Source of the DNA: Bryobacterales bacterium
Lineage (GTDB): Bacteria; Acidobacteriota; Terriglobia; Bryobacterales; UBA6623
Reading direction: 5' to 3'
DNA: 64,000 nucleotides
Assembly (NCBI GenBank): GCA_963422375.2
Contig: OY729428.2
Span: forward strand, 3,392,001-3,456,000
In this document: piece after piece, positions 29,657 to 40,931 of the stretch
Layout: the number at the start of each line of letters is the position of its first letter
How positions within the stretch are numbered: position 1 is the stretch's first letter
Position numbers and translations under genes: made by a program
The notes under the pieces: generated by a model
Told to the model about the DNA's origin: nothing
Seen by the model: the letters and a program-made list of their open reading frames with translations, nothing else
Database searches by the model: none

Positions 29657-31135
29657 GTGCCACCGCGACCCTCCATCGTGGGGCTCGGACTGCTCCTCGC
29701 AGCGCTCGCGGCACCCGCGGCGCCGCCGTCCTTCCCGGAGCCGACCGCCGAGGTGGAGGCGGAGGCCAGACGCTTTCTGGAAGCCTTCGGCCTGCTCGCC
29801 GGGCACCTTCCAAGGCCCTTCGATCCCGCCGCCGCGATCTACGGCGGCGCGTTGCCCGCAATGCTGCGGACGCTGGATCCCCACTCGGCCTTCCTCGACC
29901 CAGTGCAGTTCGAAAGCCTGCGCGAGATGCAGCGCGCCACCGAGAAGGGCTTCGGGAGCGTGGTCAACCTGCTTCCGGGACGGGTGATCGTCCTCCAGAC
30001 GCTGCCGGACAGCCCGTCCGCCCGAGCGGGCATCGCGCCCGGGGACGAGATCCTGGTTCTCAACGGCCAGCCACTGGCCCATCTACCGGTCGAGCAGCTG
30101 GTGCCCGTGCTGGCGAGCGCGCGGCAGAGCCGCGCGCAGCTAATGGTGCGACGCCCGAACTTCCCCGACCTGCTCGACTTGACGCTCGTGCCGGCCGAGA
30201 TGGCGGATCCGAGCGTCTCGCGCCAATTCCTGCTCGAGCCGGGCATCGCCTACGCCAAGATTCTCAACTTCGAGGCCGAGACCGCCTCCGAGCTCCGCGA
30301 GGTGATCGACTCGATGGGCGGCGACTCGCTGGAAGGGCTGGTGCTCGATCTACGCGGCAATCCAGGCGGCATCATCGAGGCGGCCGTCCAGGTCGCGGCC
30401 TTCTTTCTCGAGCCGGGCGACCGGATCCTCTGGATTCGCGGCCGCGCCGGCCCGAAGGAGGACTTGCGCGTGCCGACCGGGTTCGTGCCGTACGACTTCC
30501 CCCTGCGGGTGCTTGTGGACGGGCGCACCGCCAGCGCGGCCGAACTGGTGGCCGGAGCGCTGCAAGAGCACCGGCGCGCCCGGGTGATCGGGCAGCGGAC
30601 ATTCGGCAAGGGCCTAGTGCAAAGCGTGTTCGAGCTCAGCGGCGGTAGCGCCCTCGCGCTGACCACCGCCTATTACGAGACGCCGGGCGAGCGCCCCGTC
30701 CAGAGGTGGCTGGGAGCATGCGACGAGTTCCAAATAGCTCGCTGCGAGCCTGCCAGCGAATCCGCGGAGCTGCGCGGCGGGATCGTGCCGGACCGCGCCG
30801 AGGTCCCCCGCCCGCTTTCCCGGCTCGAGCAGATCCTGCTGGCCAGCAACTCGTTCCTCGAATTCTCGACCCAGTACGTCTCCAAGCACAGCGGCATCGA
30901 CCGCTCATTCGAGCCCAGCAACGAGATCCTGGACGACTTCCAGCTGTATCTGTCACAGCGCCGGATTTGGCTTTCCCTGTCGGAGTGGTCGGCCACGCTC
31001 GGATTCATTTCCTCGATGCTCAAGCAGGAAGTGCTGAACCTGACCGCCGGAGTCGCGGCGGGGGACGAGGTAGAACTGCGACGCGACCCGGTCGTCCTCG
31101 CGGGAGCGGAGGAATTGCGCGAGGCGTCCCGCTAG
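29657..31135 (+). CDS. S41 family carboxyl-terminal processing protease with PDZ domain
   Basis: 'LDPHSAFL', PDZ 'SPSARAGIAPGD', 'LDLRGNPGG', catalytic 'TASAAE' and 'TFGKG'. TATAAT at 29642-29647 upstream. Confidence 0.92.
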   Translation: MPPRPSIVGLGLLLAALAAPAAPPSFPEPTAEVEAEARRFLEAFGLLAGHLPRPFDPAAAIYGGALPAMLRTLDPHSAFLDPVQFESLREMQRATEKGFGSVVNLLPGRVIVLQTLPDSPSARAGIAPGDEILVLNGQPLAHLPVEQLVPVLASARQSRAQLMVRRPNFPDLLDLTLVPAEMADPSVSRQFLLEPGIAYAKILNFEAETASELREVIDSMGGDSLEGLVLDLRGNPGGIIEAAVQVAAFFLEPGDRILWIRGRAGPKEDLRVPTGFVPYDFPLRVLVDGRTASAAELVAGALQEHRRARVIGQRTFGKGLVQSVFELSGGSALALTTAYYETPGERPVQRWLGACDEFQIARCEPASESAELRGGIVPDRAEVPRPLSRLEQILLASNSFLEFSTQYVSKHSGIDRSFEPSNEILDDFQLYLSQRRIWLSLSEWSATLGFISSMLKQEVLNLTAGVAAGDEVELRRDPVVLAGAEELREASR

Positions 31136-31248
31136 CCAGGCAAGAGCCACGACCTCCACGGGGCCGGGCGGGCGGTAATTCTTGTGGGCCGGCCCGCACG
31201 GGATTGTGAATCCCGAGCCGCTTGGCGCAAACTAGTAGGGGAGTCTAG

Positions 31249-32217
31249 GTGATCCGCATGCAGAGGACGTTGCTCTTGACAGGCTTGGCCGCGCTGGCGG
31301 TACTCGGTGCCTGTGATCGGTCCGACTCCGTTCGCATCGGAGTCGTGCCGAAGGCGGTGGCGCACGAATTCTGGGCTGCGGTCCACGCCGGAGCGCACGA
31401 GGCGGCGCGAGGTGCGGGCGTCGAGATCCAGTGGCAGGGCCCGTCGGCCGAGACAGAGTTCACCCGCCAGATCGAGATCGTCGAGTCGATGATCAATTCG
31501 CGCGTGGAGGGCTTGGTCCTAGCCCCGACCGAGGCCACCGCGCTGGTCGGCGTGGTCGAGCGGGCTGCGCGCGAAGGCATACCGGTAACCATCTTCGATT
31601 CCGGCATCAACACGGACCAATACGTCTCGTTCGTGGCTAGCAACAACCGCAAGGCCGGGGAGACGGCCGCCCACACGCTGGGCGACCTCCTGCGCGGGCG
31701 CGGCAAGATCGCCGTGGTCAAGAACGTGCCGGGCTCGCTGTCGACGATGGAGCGCGAGGCCGGGTTCGAGGAAGCCCTCGCCAGACGCTATCCGGGCATC
31801 GAGATCGTCGACTTCAAGTACTGCCAGTCGGATCGGGCGCTGGCCCTCCAAGTCTCCGAGAACATGCTCTCGGCGCACCCCGACCTGGACGGGATGTTCG
31901 CCTCGGCCGAGCCTGCCACCGTGGGCGCGGCCAAGGCCCTGCGGAATCGCGACTTGGTCGAGCAGGTGAAGCTCGTCGGATTCGACTGGACCTACACGTT
32001 GGAGCGGGACTTCCGCGAAGGCGTCGTGCGAGCTCTCGTGGTCCAAGATCCGTTCCAGATCGGGCGGCGCGCCGTGCAGACCGTCTTGGCAGCGCTGCGC
32101 GGCGAGACGCCAGCCAAGCGCATCGACACCGAAACGCACGTCGTCACCTTGGACAATATCGACGAACCCGAGATCGTCGCCGTGCTGCGGATCGACCTAG
32201 GCGGCTTCCTGCCCTAG
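31249..32217 (+). CDS. Sugar ABC-type periplasmic binding lipoprotein (RbsB-like)
   Basis: Lipobox LGAC, 'VVPKAVAHEFW', 'GIPVTIFDS', 'LVGFD', 'VVQDPFQIG'. Confidence 0.88.
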   Translation: MIRMQRTLLLTGLAALAVLGACDRSDSVRIGVVPKAVAHEFWAAVHAGAHEAARGAGVEIQWQGPSAETEFTRQIEIVESMINSRVEGLVLAPTEATALVGVVERAAREGIPVTIFDSGINTDQYVSFVASNNRKAGETAAHTLGDLLRGRGKIAVVKNVPGSLSTMEREAGFEEALARRYPGIEIVDFKYCQSDRALALQVSENMLSAHPDLDGMFASAEPATVGAAKALRNRDLVEQVKLVGFDWTYTLERDFREGVVRALVVQDPFQIGRRAVQTVLAALRGETPAKRIDTETHVVTLDNIDEPEIVAVLRIDLGGFLP

Positions 32218-33672
32218 CCCGCGGAATGCAGCTTGGCTGTCCCGGGTCGTCCCGGACGGGCGTCGCCGCTCCGAACAGGGTTCCTGGCCCGTCACCGCGG
32301 ACGCGCCCCCACCCATGGCACCTGCGAGGGCGCCTCGCGGATTCGGTCGTGCCATGGCGGAGAATGTCACGCTCGGGTTATGCGAGGCAATCGGCATGGC
32401 GGAGTGCCAAGAGCTGTGGCGAAGGTGGTCTCGCAAGAGCCAGGCATGACCTCCTTCGGCCCCTAGACGCAAGACCCGCTGGCGGGCTGGTCGGTCGGAC
32501 CACCTCTGCAAGGCCGAATGGAACTGACCGTGTCCAAGTAGCTTCGGTCCTCAAATCTCCAGCCCGTACCCAAGGGTCTTTGACCCACACCCTCTTGTCT
32601 CGTGGGGACCTTGGTCGGCGAGAAGACTCCTGACGCCATCTGAAGCGCGCCCGGCAAGCCAGCCAAGACTTCGCGGTGGGCCGGCCGAGCGCCGCCACGA
32701 GCAGAGTGCGCGGGGACCGAGGCCTAGCCGTTGGGCACCCGCTCCGAGGCGCTTCTCGGGATTCCAGGAGCCCGACGCGCCTAGCTGTTGCCATGCGCGC
32801 CCTGGCAGCAGCGGTATCGGATCGCCGCGCCGAGATGTTTTGGGGGAATGCCGTTCAAGCGGCATGCCGACGCAAACTGATGGTACGATCGCACGGCGAC
32901 GGTGCCCACAACCGGGTCCGAGAGCGGATCGGCCTCGCGGCCGGCTCCCAAGTGGTGCGCAGCATTTCGACAAGGCGGCTGCTGTCGGCCAGCCTGCTCG
33001 CACCGGCCTTGCCGCTGTTACCGGCACTAGAATACCGCGGCGATTCGGCAATACACCCGCCTCTGCGTGGTACCGGGTTAGTCCCTTGGAATCGGAGCGC
33101 ATGGTGTGACACTGTCGATCATTCGCCCGCCACTCCGGGCGTCGCCGTGCCCCAGTCTAAGGCTTGGTTGCACCGTTTGCGTCGTGCGCCGGCGACACGG
33201 CAACGCTACCTGACCTCAATTGTCCTATGATGCTCGAAAGAGGCCCTCTCCATGATGCGAGCGCATGCCGCGATGACCGACCATCGGGTGACACCAGCCG
33301 ACCGCGTGAGAGGGTGCCGTCCACTAGCTCTCAAGGCCGAGGCTGCGTACCGGAGCACAAACTCAGCTTTGCCTCGCAGTTCGTGCCATACGAATGGACG
33401 GAATCGATGTGAGGATCTCGAGCCGCCCCTCCTAGCCGCTAGCTTGCTGTTCGCTACCACGGCAGTCACTGAACTGGCGGACTATGGAGCGGTCGAATCG
33501 GTACGCAATCTCGGAGCCGAGATTCTGGTGCGGCACGTCATCATCGTGTCTCCCCCGCCGAAGGACGCACCAGCTCGATGCACTGCCCTACCCATTCAAG
33601 AAGTCGCTTGCAGAAGGGCCGACGCGCTCGTCGAGCTAACTTCCGCTGACCCTAGGCAAGCGATCACACTAG

Positions 33673-34454
33673 CCTGAATTCCCACCGGCTGACATTGATA
33701 TGACATCTTGCGCGGATTGGGCTATCCAAAGGCCAAGAGCGGAGGAGCTTGTTGCCGAGCCATGAGACGGCCTCCTATGTGTCGGCGAAGCCGGCCTTGA
33801 CGAGGTACGCGTTGTTGGCCCAGCACCCGAACCAGACGAGGATGGGGCGCTCGCTCAGTTCGACGGTGGCCGTGGCCCTCACGAACTTGCGGAACAGCGC
33901 GCGCGAGCTCGCTCGTGGCCACCCTCGACCTACCTCGCGAGCAGGCGATCCAGGCCGCTAGGGATGTCATTGGAGCCTGAGCAGTTAGCCCGTGACTTGA
34001 CACAGTGTCACGCTTGGGCAAGCGGACTGGGGGGCACAGGGCCGGAAGGGGTAGCGGGACGGCACCCGGGAATGCCGGGAGCGGACGGAAGGCGCTTCCA
34101 GCCCTCGGCTACAGTTGGAAGGTCAGGAGGGAAGGCCACATCATGTAGGTCTTCCAGCACCGGGCCGTAGAGAAGGCTCTTGAGTTGTCCGGCTAGTGCG
34201 CACTCCAATCCGAACCGGGCGCGGCTGCATGTCGGAAGCCAGCCGATCTACCATGGGGCAATGTGTCAATCACGGACTACGAACCGAGATCGGATGACAT
34301 AGCACTGGGCGACCTAGCCTGCCAGCGGCCGCCCAGGCCGGCAGTCATGATGCCGAGGCCTTCACGCTCGGGGCAATTGACGTGTTTCGCGTCAGGTGCC
34401 CGCCCCACGCGGCGGCCCGAACGTCATATCGCCAAGGTCCGTTGGGAATTCAGG
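33673..34454 (-). mobile_element. 782-bp non-autonomous element with CCTGAATTCCCA termini, flanked by CTAG
   Basis: CTAG(33669-72)+CCTGAATTCCCA(33673-84) ... TGGGAATTCAGG(34443-54)+CTAG(34455-58). Both ends also carry GATATGAC 24 bp inside. Removing it restores a reading frame. Confidence 0.8.
33722..33960 (-). pseudogene. C-terminal remnant of a putative transposase
   Basis: Conceptual translation across stops and frameshifts: RLLAR*VEGGHER/SRALFRKFVRATATVELSERPILVWFGCWANNAYLVKAGFADT*EAVSWLGNKLLR/LAFG*. Similar to the 58077 fragment; family assignment from memory. Confidence 0.55.
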
Positions 34455-35499
34455 CTAGCATATCCGCCGAAAGTACTCCGCGAACTGCGGGCAAGGTCAC
34501 CCAACATAGTAGATGACCTTGAGATGCACGGGTCTTGGCAAGGTAGGGTCGCTCTCATAGTGGCGGAAGACTTCGCTAATGAACGCTCCTTTGTGTATCA
34601 CTTCATTCAAACAGATGCGGGGATTTTCCGAGCATATGAGATCCCAAGTAGAGCGTGGAACTCCAATGGGGCACAGTTCAGATCACCGGGATCTCTGTGC
34701 ATACCGAGCTAGAATTACTGGAGGAAATCAACGTGAATTCTGCAGAATTGAGGCTTTATTTAGCTGCGACCACATGCGAATCAGTTGGGGGACAACGGAC
34801 CGCTGTATACTTGGTCCTTCTTTCAGGAGAAGACAGGGCGATATTTGACCATAGCAAAATAAACGAGTCAACAGTCGAGCCTTGGATATCTCTAGATCGG
34901 TATATTCGCACTGTGTCCTCAGGGAAGGCATGGCTCTCAGATGAGGCCTATACGTCAACGATCTCTGTCGATGCCAAGATCATAGATATTGGTCCTGAAC
35001 TTGTTGAATAAATTTCCCAAAAGGCCGGAATTGTAGACTCATTTACTCGTTCGATAGTGCCGAGCCCAGCATCTACACATTGGATTGATCAGGAGTGGGC
35101 CAAGTGCTGGATGAGCGCGCCGACGGCGCATCCGCTTGGTTCCTTCGCATGGAGCCAACGGAGTTGGAATGGGCTCACTCTACGCCCCCGTTCGCAGCGA
35201 GCGTCTTGAAGCCTCGCGCACAGCGCACCCTTATTCGGCGGGCTCGCCTTGGGCCTAAGATCAGTCGCCGAAACACCCGCTTGCACCATGGACGAACTCC
35301 AACGGAAGCATGGTAGCGGAGCTGACAGCCATGATGCTGCCGAGTCGCCGGCGTAGGACGCTACGCGCTCGATCTGGGCTGAGCATCCAGTAGCGCCGGG
35401 AGACTCAGACTTCCGCACATTGTAGGCACGATGGGGGTGACGGCTTCGCCGGGTCTTACCGACGATGGACTTGGCGGACGGACTCCCGCGGCGAATGCA

Positions 35500-36320
35500 C
35501 TAGGCAGCCCCATCCAAGTCGCCAGATTCCGTGAGCGGCTCGCGGACGGACCGAGCGGCGAGGTAGTGCCGCAACACGATTACGCCCTGCCCCAGCTTCA
35601 TGTGGCCCGGCAGGGGCTGTTGCCTCGACGGGATGAATCCGGCTAGCCGCAGCACCAGCATCACGGCCTAGCGGGCGTCGACCGGGCGCTCCGAACCGCA
35701 TCCGCAGTGCGGCAGGATGCCCCCGCAGCGCAGGACCGCCTCTAGGCAGTCAAGCTCGCACGGGCCGAGCACGCGGCCGGCGAGGGCGGATCGGTCCCCG
35801 CCGCCTCGCGCAGCTCGAATAGGTGGCACGCCGTCACCGTGTAGACGGCCACCGCCCTGCCGGCGCTGGGGGCATCGAGCAGGCGTCGGCCCTCGGTGCG
35901 TACGCCCGTCTTGAGCAGGCGGAGCAACTCCTCGACGCACCAGCGCTTCTCGTACCAGCTCATCGCACGCATGGCGTCGGTACGTGGCCCGGCCCTGGCT
36001 GCAGGCCATCACCCACGCGTACATTTCGAACCCTGCGGGGGCGTCGCTGTCCCGCACCTGAACCGCCGCGGCGGGCTGATCCACCGGGCCCGGTCGGTCG
36101 CCGCTTGCGCACATGCGGGCCGCCGCGGGCCATGATCTCGAACTTGTGGCCGCGCACCAGCGGATCGCAGGCCTCGGCCCGCTCCCCCAGGCTCGCCTCC
36201 GGGACGACTGGGCCGGCGACGACGAGGCGCTCACGCCCTCGTCTGGCCCGCACTTACGGGCACAGCGGGTCTCAGTTGTCCGCCTCGCGGTCGCACGCAC
36301 TCTCCACATGTATACCGGGG
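35500..36320 (-). pseudogene. IS4-family (IS50/Tn5-like) transposase remnant
   Basis: YREK signature WYEKRWCVEELLRLLKTG (35742-35972); C-terminal LAGFIPSRQQPLPGHMKLGQG ending at TAG 35500-35502; multiple frameshifts. Upper boundary approximate. Confidence 0.75.
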
Positions 36321-36469
36321 CAGGCCCGGCCCAGCTCACATGCCACCTAAAACCCGGACAGCCAGCGTGCGCTTTCCGCTCGCTCGAAGGCCGCGAGACG
36401 CTCCCGTTGACGCGGAAGGCCGTCCTCGACGGAAAGAGGTGGACAGGACGGGTTACCGCGGCACCGCCG

Positions 36470-37672
36470 TCAGCATCCGAAGGCCAGGCGCACCCGCTCG
36501 AGCGCCCACTCGAGTTCCTCGCGCCGCACGACTAGCGGAGGCGCGATCCGAATGACTGAGTCGTGCGTCTCCTTGCACAGGACGCCCAGCCTCTGGAGGC
36601 GCTCGCAGTACGGCCTGGCGGCCCCGTGCAGCTCGATGCCGGCGAGCAGGCCGCGCCCGCGGATCTCCGCGATCGCCGGATGCCTCAGGCGGCGAAGCTC
36701 GCCTAGGAACCAAGAGCCGAGCTCCTCCGAGCGCTCCACGAGACCCTCGTCCCGAATCACGCGCAGGGCCTCGCGCGCGACCGCGCAGCCGAGAGGGTTG
36801 CCGCCGAACGTGGAGCCGTGGCTGCCGGGGTCGAAGACGCCCAGCACGTCGCCTCGCGACACGACGGCCGAGACCGGGTAGAAGCCCCCCGACAGCGCCT
36901 TGCCCAGCACGTAGACATCGGGCTGCACGCCCTCGTGCATACAGCCGAACATCGCGCCGGTGCGGCCCAGTCCGGTCTGGATTTCGTCGGCCATGAACAG
37001 CACGTTGCGCGACCGGCAGATATCGAGCGCGTCCGCCAAGTATCCCGGAGGCGGGATGAGAATGCCCGCCTCGCACTGGATCGGCTCCACGAGGAAGGCG
37101 CACGTGCAAGTGCCGACGGCCTGCTTCAACGCGGCTGCGTCGCCGAAGGGCACCGTCCGGAAACCGGGCGTGAAAGGCCCGAATCCGTCCCGCGAGGCCG
37201 GGTCGGACGAAAACCCGACGATCGTGGTCGTGCGGCCATGGAAATTGTTCTCACAGACCACGATCTCCGCGCGCCCCGCGGGGATGCCCTTGCGCGTGTA
37301 GCCCCACCGGCGCGCGGCCTTGATCGCCGTCTCGACGGCTTCCGCGCCCGAGTTCATCGGCAGGACCATTTCCATGCCGCACAGTTCCGCGAGCTCGCGG
37401 CAAAACAGCGGAAGCTGGTCGTTGCGGAAGGCCCTGGAAGTTAGCGTCACCCGTTCGGCCTGCGCCTTGAGCGCCCCTAGGATGCGCGGGTGGCAGTGCC
37501 CTTGGTTGACGGCGGAATACGCACTGAGGCAGTCGAGATAGCGCTCGCCGTCGACATCGTAGACCCACGGCCCTTCGGCCCGGGCCACCACGACCGGCAG
37601 CGGATGGTAGTTGCGGGCGCCCCAGCGATCCTCCAGATCCAGCAGTTCAGCGGTCAGGCTGGCTTGGGCCAT
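36470..37672 (-). CDS. rocD: Ornithine--oxo-acid aminotransferase
   Basis: 'NYHPLPVV', '[18 protein letters not shown]', '[15 protein letters not shown]', '[11 protein letters not shown]', 'GKALSGG', '[10 protein letters not shown]'. ATG 37672. Confidence 0.95.
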   Translation of the reverse strand: MAQASLTAELLDLEDRWGARNYHPLPVVVARAEGPWVYDVDGERYLDCLSAYSAVNQGHCHPRILGALKAQAERVTLTSRAFRNDQLPLFCRELAELCGMEMVLPMNSGAEAVETAIKAARRWGYTRKGIPAGRAEIVVCENNFHGRTTTIVGFSSDPASRDGFGPFTPGFRTVPFGDAAALKQAVGTCTCAFLVEPIQCEAGILIPPPGYLADALDICRSRNVLFMADEIQTGLGRTGAMFGCMHEGVQPDVYVLGKALSGGFYPVSAVVSRGDVLGVFDPGSHGSTFGGNPLGCAVAREALRVIRDEGLVERSEELGSWFLGELRRLRHPAIAEIRGRGLLAGIELHGAARPYCERLQRLGVLCKETHDSVIRIAPPLVVRREELEWALERVRLAFGC

Positions 37673-37814
37673 GGGGGTCAACGACGGAATCCTCGCAAGT
37701 TCCAGCGTACCACCGCGATGCGACGACGGAATCGCCCGAGATCCCCCTCCGGGCGATCCTCCGGGTGCTCCCGGCACCCCCTCGCGGCGGGTGCCGGAGT
37801 CCCTCGCCGCCCGG

Positions 37815-38195
37815 CTATTCCGCTTCGGGCACGTAGATCACCTCGCCGCTTTCGAGGCGGTACGCCACCCCTAGACGGCGCCCGCGGCCGGTGCCCCGCT
37901 CGTCGCTCGCACGCAGGCGCTCGATGCGCTCCCCTTTCTTCACGATCATCTCCATGTCCGGCCCGCCGGGATTCGTGACGATTGTGATGTCCTGGGTGCT
38001 CATCCGCGCCGCGACTTCCGCAAGGCTCGCGCTCCCCGCCAGAGCGAGCAGCAGCGCCACCACCAGCACCATGCTGGCATCGAACAGGTTGACGACCCCG
38101 CCTAGCGGGTCGCTATCGTCGGGCGAGTCCATCGCCTCCCCTGCGCGCCGCATCCAGTCCCTACGAGGCTCAGGCCGCCGTTTCGTTCCCGGCAT
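37815..38195 (-). CDS. DUF2149 domain protein
   Basis: '[21 protein letters not shown]', '[14 protein letters not shown]', '[20 protein letters not shown]'. Start could be 38153 or 38132. Confidence 0.85.
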   Translation of the reverse strand: MPGTKRRPEPRRDWMRRAGEAMDSPDDSDPLGGVVNLFDASMVLVVALLLALAGSASLAEVAARMSTQDITIVTNPGGPDMEMIVKKGERIERLRASDERGTGRGRRLGVAYRLESGEVIYVPEAE

Positions 38196-38781
38196 CGGTA
38201 CCGCTCTCCCTTCGCTCCAGGTCGCCCCACGAGTCCATGAGATAGTGCATCTCGGTCAGGTCCTGGCGGCCCCACTGCCGCACCAGCACACCCAGCGCGT
38301 ACGAAGCGCCGCCCACGATCAAGCCCACCACCGTCGTCGTGAACCCGATCAGAAGATTGGACGCCATAGACTGCATATCCCCCGCCGCCAGGCCGGCCAA
38401 GGCCGGCTGCAGCGGAATCAGCGTCCCCACCAGGCCCAGCATCGGGCCCGTGCGCGCGAGCACCGACAGCCTCTCGGCCCTTCGGCGCAGCTCGTTCTCG
38501 ATATCGGCGACAGTCTTGTCCAGGCGCTGCGGGCGGTCCGCCGCCGCTCGGGCGAAGCTGTCCAGCGCGAGTCGCCACTCCAGCGCGAGAAACCTCTCCC
38601 GCGTAAGCTCGCCCGCGTGAAACCGGCGCAGGGCATCGAGGTTGGCGCGACGGTCAAATGCCTCCGCCATGACACCGCCCGCCAAGTACGTAGCGTAGGC
38701 GAACAGGGCGACTGTCGCGAGCAGCGCCGGGAGCAGGAACGCGCTCGATATCCAATAGAGCAGGCTCTGGATGTGCTCCAC
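38170..38781 (-). CDS. MotA/TolQ/ExbB proton channel family protein
   Basis: 'LYWISSAFLLP', 'RTGPMLGLVGTLIPLQPAL', 'GFTTTVVGL'. GTG 38781. Confidence 0.88.
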   Translation of the reverse strand: MEHIQSLLYWISSAFLLPALLATVALFAYATYLAGGVMAEAFDRRANLDALRRFHAGELTRERFLALEWRLALDSFARAAADRPQRLDKTVADIENELRRRAERLSVLARTGPMLGLVGTLIPLQPALAGLAAGDMQSMASNLLIGFTTTVVGLIVGGASYALGVLVRQWGRQDLTEMHYLMDSWGDLERRESGTDAGNETAA

Positions 38782-38820
38782 GGGTACTCCGGCGACAGGC
38801 GGCGCAGGCACCGCGAAGCG

Positions 38821-39270
38821 TCATCCGCGCCGTTCCGCCTCCAGAACTTTCTGCAGGCGCCGGGCGAAGCGCGCCTCCGGACTGTACCGGGCGGCCAGGA
38901 AGACGGTCGCCAGCTCGGTCGCCAGCTCGGCATCAACGATCCGGCCCCCGAGGCACAGCACGTTGAGGTCGTCATGTTCCACGCCCTGCCCGGCCGAGTA
39001 GGCGTCGTGGCAGACGCAGGCCCGCACGCCCTTCAGCTTGTTGGCGGCGACGCACGATCCTACGCCGCTACCGCAGACGACGATGCCCCGTTGCGCCTCC
39101 CCGAGGCGGACCCTCTCGCCCACCGCGATGGCGAAGTCCGGGTAGTCGTCGTCTTGGTCGAAGCGGTGAGCGCCGACATCGAACAGTTCGTGGCCCGCTC
39201 CGGCGAGCCTCCGGGAGAGCGCTTCCTTGAGGGCGTAGCCGGCGTGATCGGCCCCGATCGCGACGCGCAT
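38821..39270 (-). CDS. rpiB: Ribose-5-phosphate isomerase B (RpiB/LacA/LacB)
   Basis: 'IGADHAG', 'DDYPD', 'CGSGVG', 'ANKLKGVRA', 'NVLCLGGR'. Confidence 0.93.
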   Translation of the reverse strand: MRVAIGADHAGYALKEALSRRLAGAGHELFDVGAHRFDQDDDYPDFAIAVGERVRLGEAQRGIVVCGSGVGSCVAANKLKGVRACVCHDAYSAGQGVEHDDLNVLCLGGRIVDAELATELATVFLAARYSPEARFARRLQKVLEAERRG

Positions 39271-39517
39271 CAAACCCGATTCTAGCGCAGCCGCCGGAAT
39301 CGGAATCCGTCGGGCGTCCGGGCGGGCAGGCCGACCGAGCCGAGCCCCTCCGCGGCGGCGACGCGTGCCGGCGGACGCCGCCACCGCCGGAGGCGGCCCG
39401 GCCCGGAGGGAATCAGTAAGATGGGATTGTCGGTTGCGCGGGCACCCGCGCGACGCGACCGAGCCGGCCTCGCGGCGGAAGGTCGCGCGCAGGCCTCGGG
39501 CGCTCGCGCCCCCTTGG

Positions 39518-40900
39518 ATGAAGATCGGTTTCATCAGCCTCGGCTGTCCCAAGAACCTCGTCGACAGCGAGGTCATGATGGGCCTGCTCGAGGCCCGCGG
39601 CCACGAGATCACGCGCCTCCCCGAGGAGGCCGACGCGCTCGTGGTCAACACCTGCAGCTTTATCGAGCCCGCCCAGCAGGAGTCCGTCGACGCGATCCTA
39701 GAGGCTGCCCGGCACAAGGCGACGGGGCGGGCCCAGCGACTCGTCGTGGCCGGCTGCCTGGTCGAACGCTACCGCCGGCAACTGCAGGAGCAGATTCCCG
39801 AGGTCGACGCCGTTCTCGGCACCAACGAAATCGAGTCGATCGTCAGCCACTGCGAGGGCTGGGACGCCGCCACGCCCGCGGGCGCGGACGGGGGCTACCT
39901 GTATCACGACCTCACGCCGCGACGCCTGTCCACGCCGAATCACTTCGCCTACCTCAAGATCAACGAGGGCTGCGACCACCCCTGCTCCTTCTGCATCATT
40001 CCACAGCTGCGCGGCAGCTTTCGCAGCCGCCGCTTCGAGTCCGTCGTCAGCGAGGCCGTCCGGCTATTCCGCGAGGGCGCCCGCGAGATCAACCTGATCG
40101 GGCAGGACACCACCGCGTTCGGCGAGGACCTAGGCCTAAGGAACGGCCTGCCAGCCCTGCTGGAACGACTCGCCCGGATCGACGGCGCCGGCTGGATTCG
40201 CGTGCTGTACGCCTATCCGAACCGCGTCTCGGACAGGCTGCTCGAGACCATCGCGGCGCATCCCGCTCTCTGCCCCTATCTCGACATTCCCTTGCAGCAT
40301 GCGAGCCCGAGCGTGCTGCGGCGCATGCGCCGCGGCGCGAGCGGCGACACCTTCCTGAAGATGATCGAGCGCATCCGCCGCACGATTCCCGGCGTCGCGA
40401 TCCGCACCAGCTTCATCGTCGGCTTCCCGGGCGAGACGGAGGAGGACTTCGCCACGCTGTGCGCCTTCATCGAGGCCGCCCAGTTCGACCGCGTGGGCTG
40501 CTTCCGCTACTCGGACGACGAGACCGGCGCCAGCTTCCAGCTCGACGGAAAGGTCAGCAAGCGCACGTCGTACAACCGACAGCGCCGCCTCATGGCGCTG
40601 CAGCGTCGCATCTCGCGCAGGCGCGGGCAGGCGCTCGTAGGTCGTAGACTGCCGCTGCTCGTGTGCGGCCCCTCGGCCGAGACGGAGCTTCTGTGGGAGG
40701 GCCGACTCCAGACGCAGGCCGAGGAGATCGACGGCAAGACCTACCTGACCCGCTTCCCGGACGGCGCCGAACCGCGTCCGGGCGACCTAGCGACCGTGCA
40801 TATTACCAAGGCCTCCGACTACGACCTTTTCGGCGAGGTCGAGCGGATCACGCGACCGGCCCGATCGGCCGCTGGATCCCCCCTGACGGTTCTCCAGTAA
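39518..40900 (+). CDS. rimO: Ribosomal protein S12 methylthiotransferase
   Basis: 'SLGCPKNLVDSE', 'NTCSFIEPA', radical SAM CDHPCSFC, C-terminal TRAM 'EEIDG'. Confidence 0.96.
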   Translation: MKIGFISLGCPKNLVDSEVMMGLLEARGHEITRLPEEADALVVNTCSFIEPAQQESVDAILEAARHKATGRAQRLVVAGCLVERYRRQLQEQIPEVDAVLGTNEIESIVSHCEGWDAATPAGADGGYLYHDLTPRRLSTPNHFAYLKINEGCDHPCSFCIIPQLRGSFRSRRFESVVSEAVRLFREGAREINLIGQDTTAFGEDLGLRNGLPALLERLARIDGAGWIRVLYAYPNRVSDRLLETIAAHPALCPYLDIPLQHASPSVLRRMRRGASGDTFLKMIERIRRTIPGVAIRTSFIVGFPGETEEDFATLCAFIEAAQFDRVGCFRYSDDETGASFQLDGKVSKRTSYNRQRRLMALQRRISRRRGQALVGRRLPLLVCGPSAETELLWEGRLQTQAEEIDGKTYLTRFPDGAEPRPGDLATVHITKASDYDLFGEVERITRPARSAAGSPLTVLQ

Positions 40901-40931
40901 GGGGCCGGACGCCGAGGACGGAATCGGAAAC

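Larger units (their letters stand above)
33252..35011 (+). pseudogene. Decayed lower-GC hypothetical gene split by a CTAG-targeting element
   Basis: ORF 33252..33677 ends at ...ITL(CTA)A* at the element's left junction. ORF 34263..34712 resumes with L(CTA)AYPPKVLR at the right junction in the same codon phase. A probable further frameshift leads into 34655..35011. True start uncertain. Confidence 0.6.
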
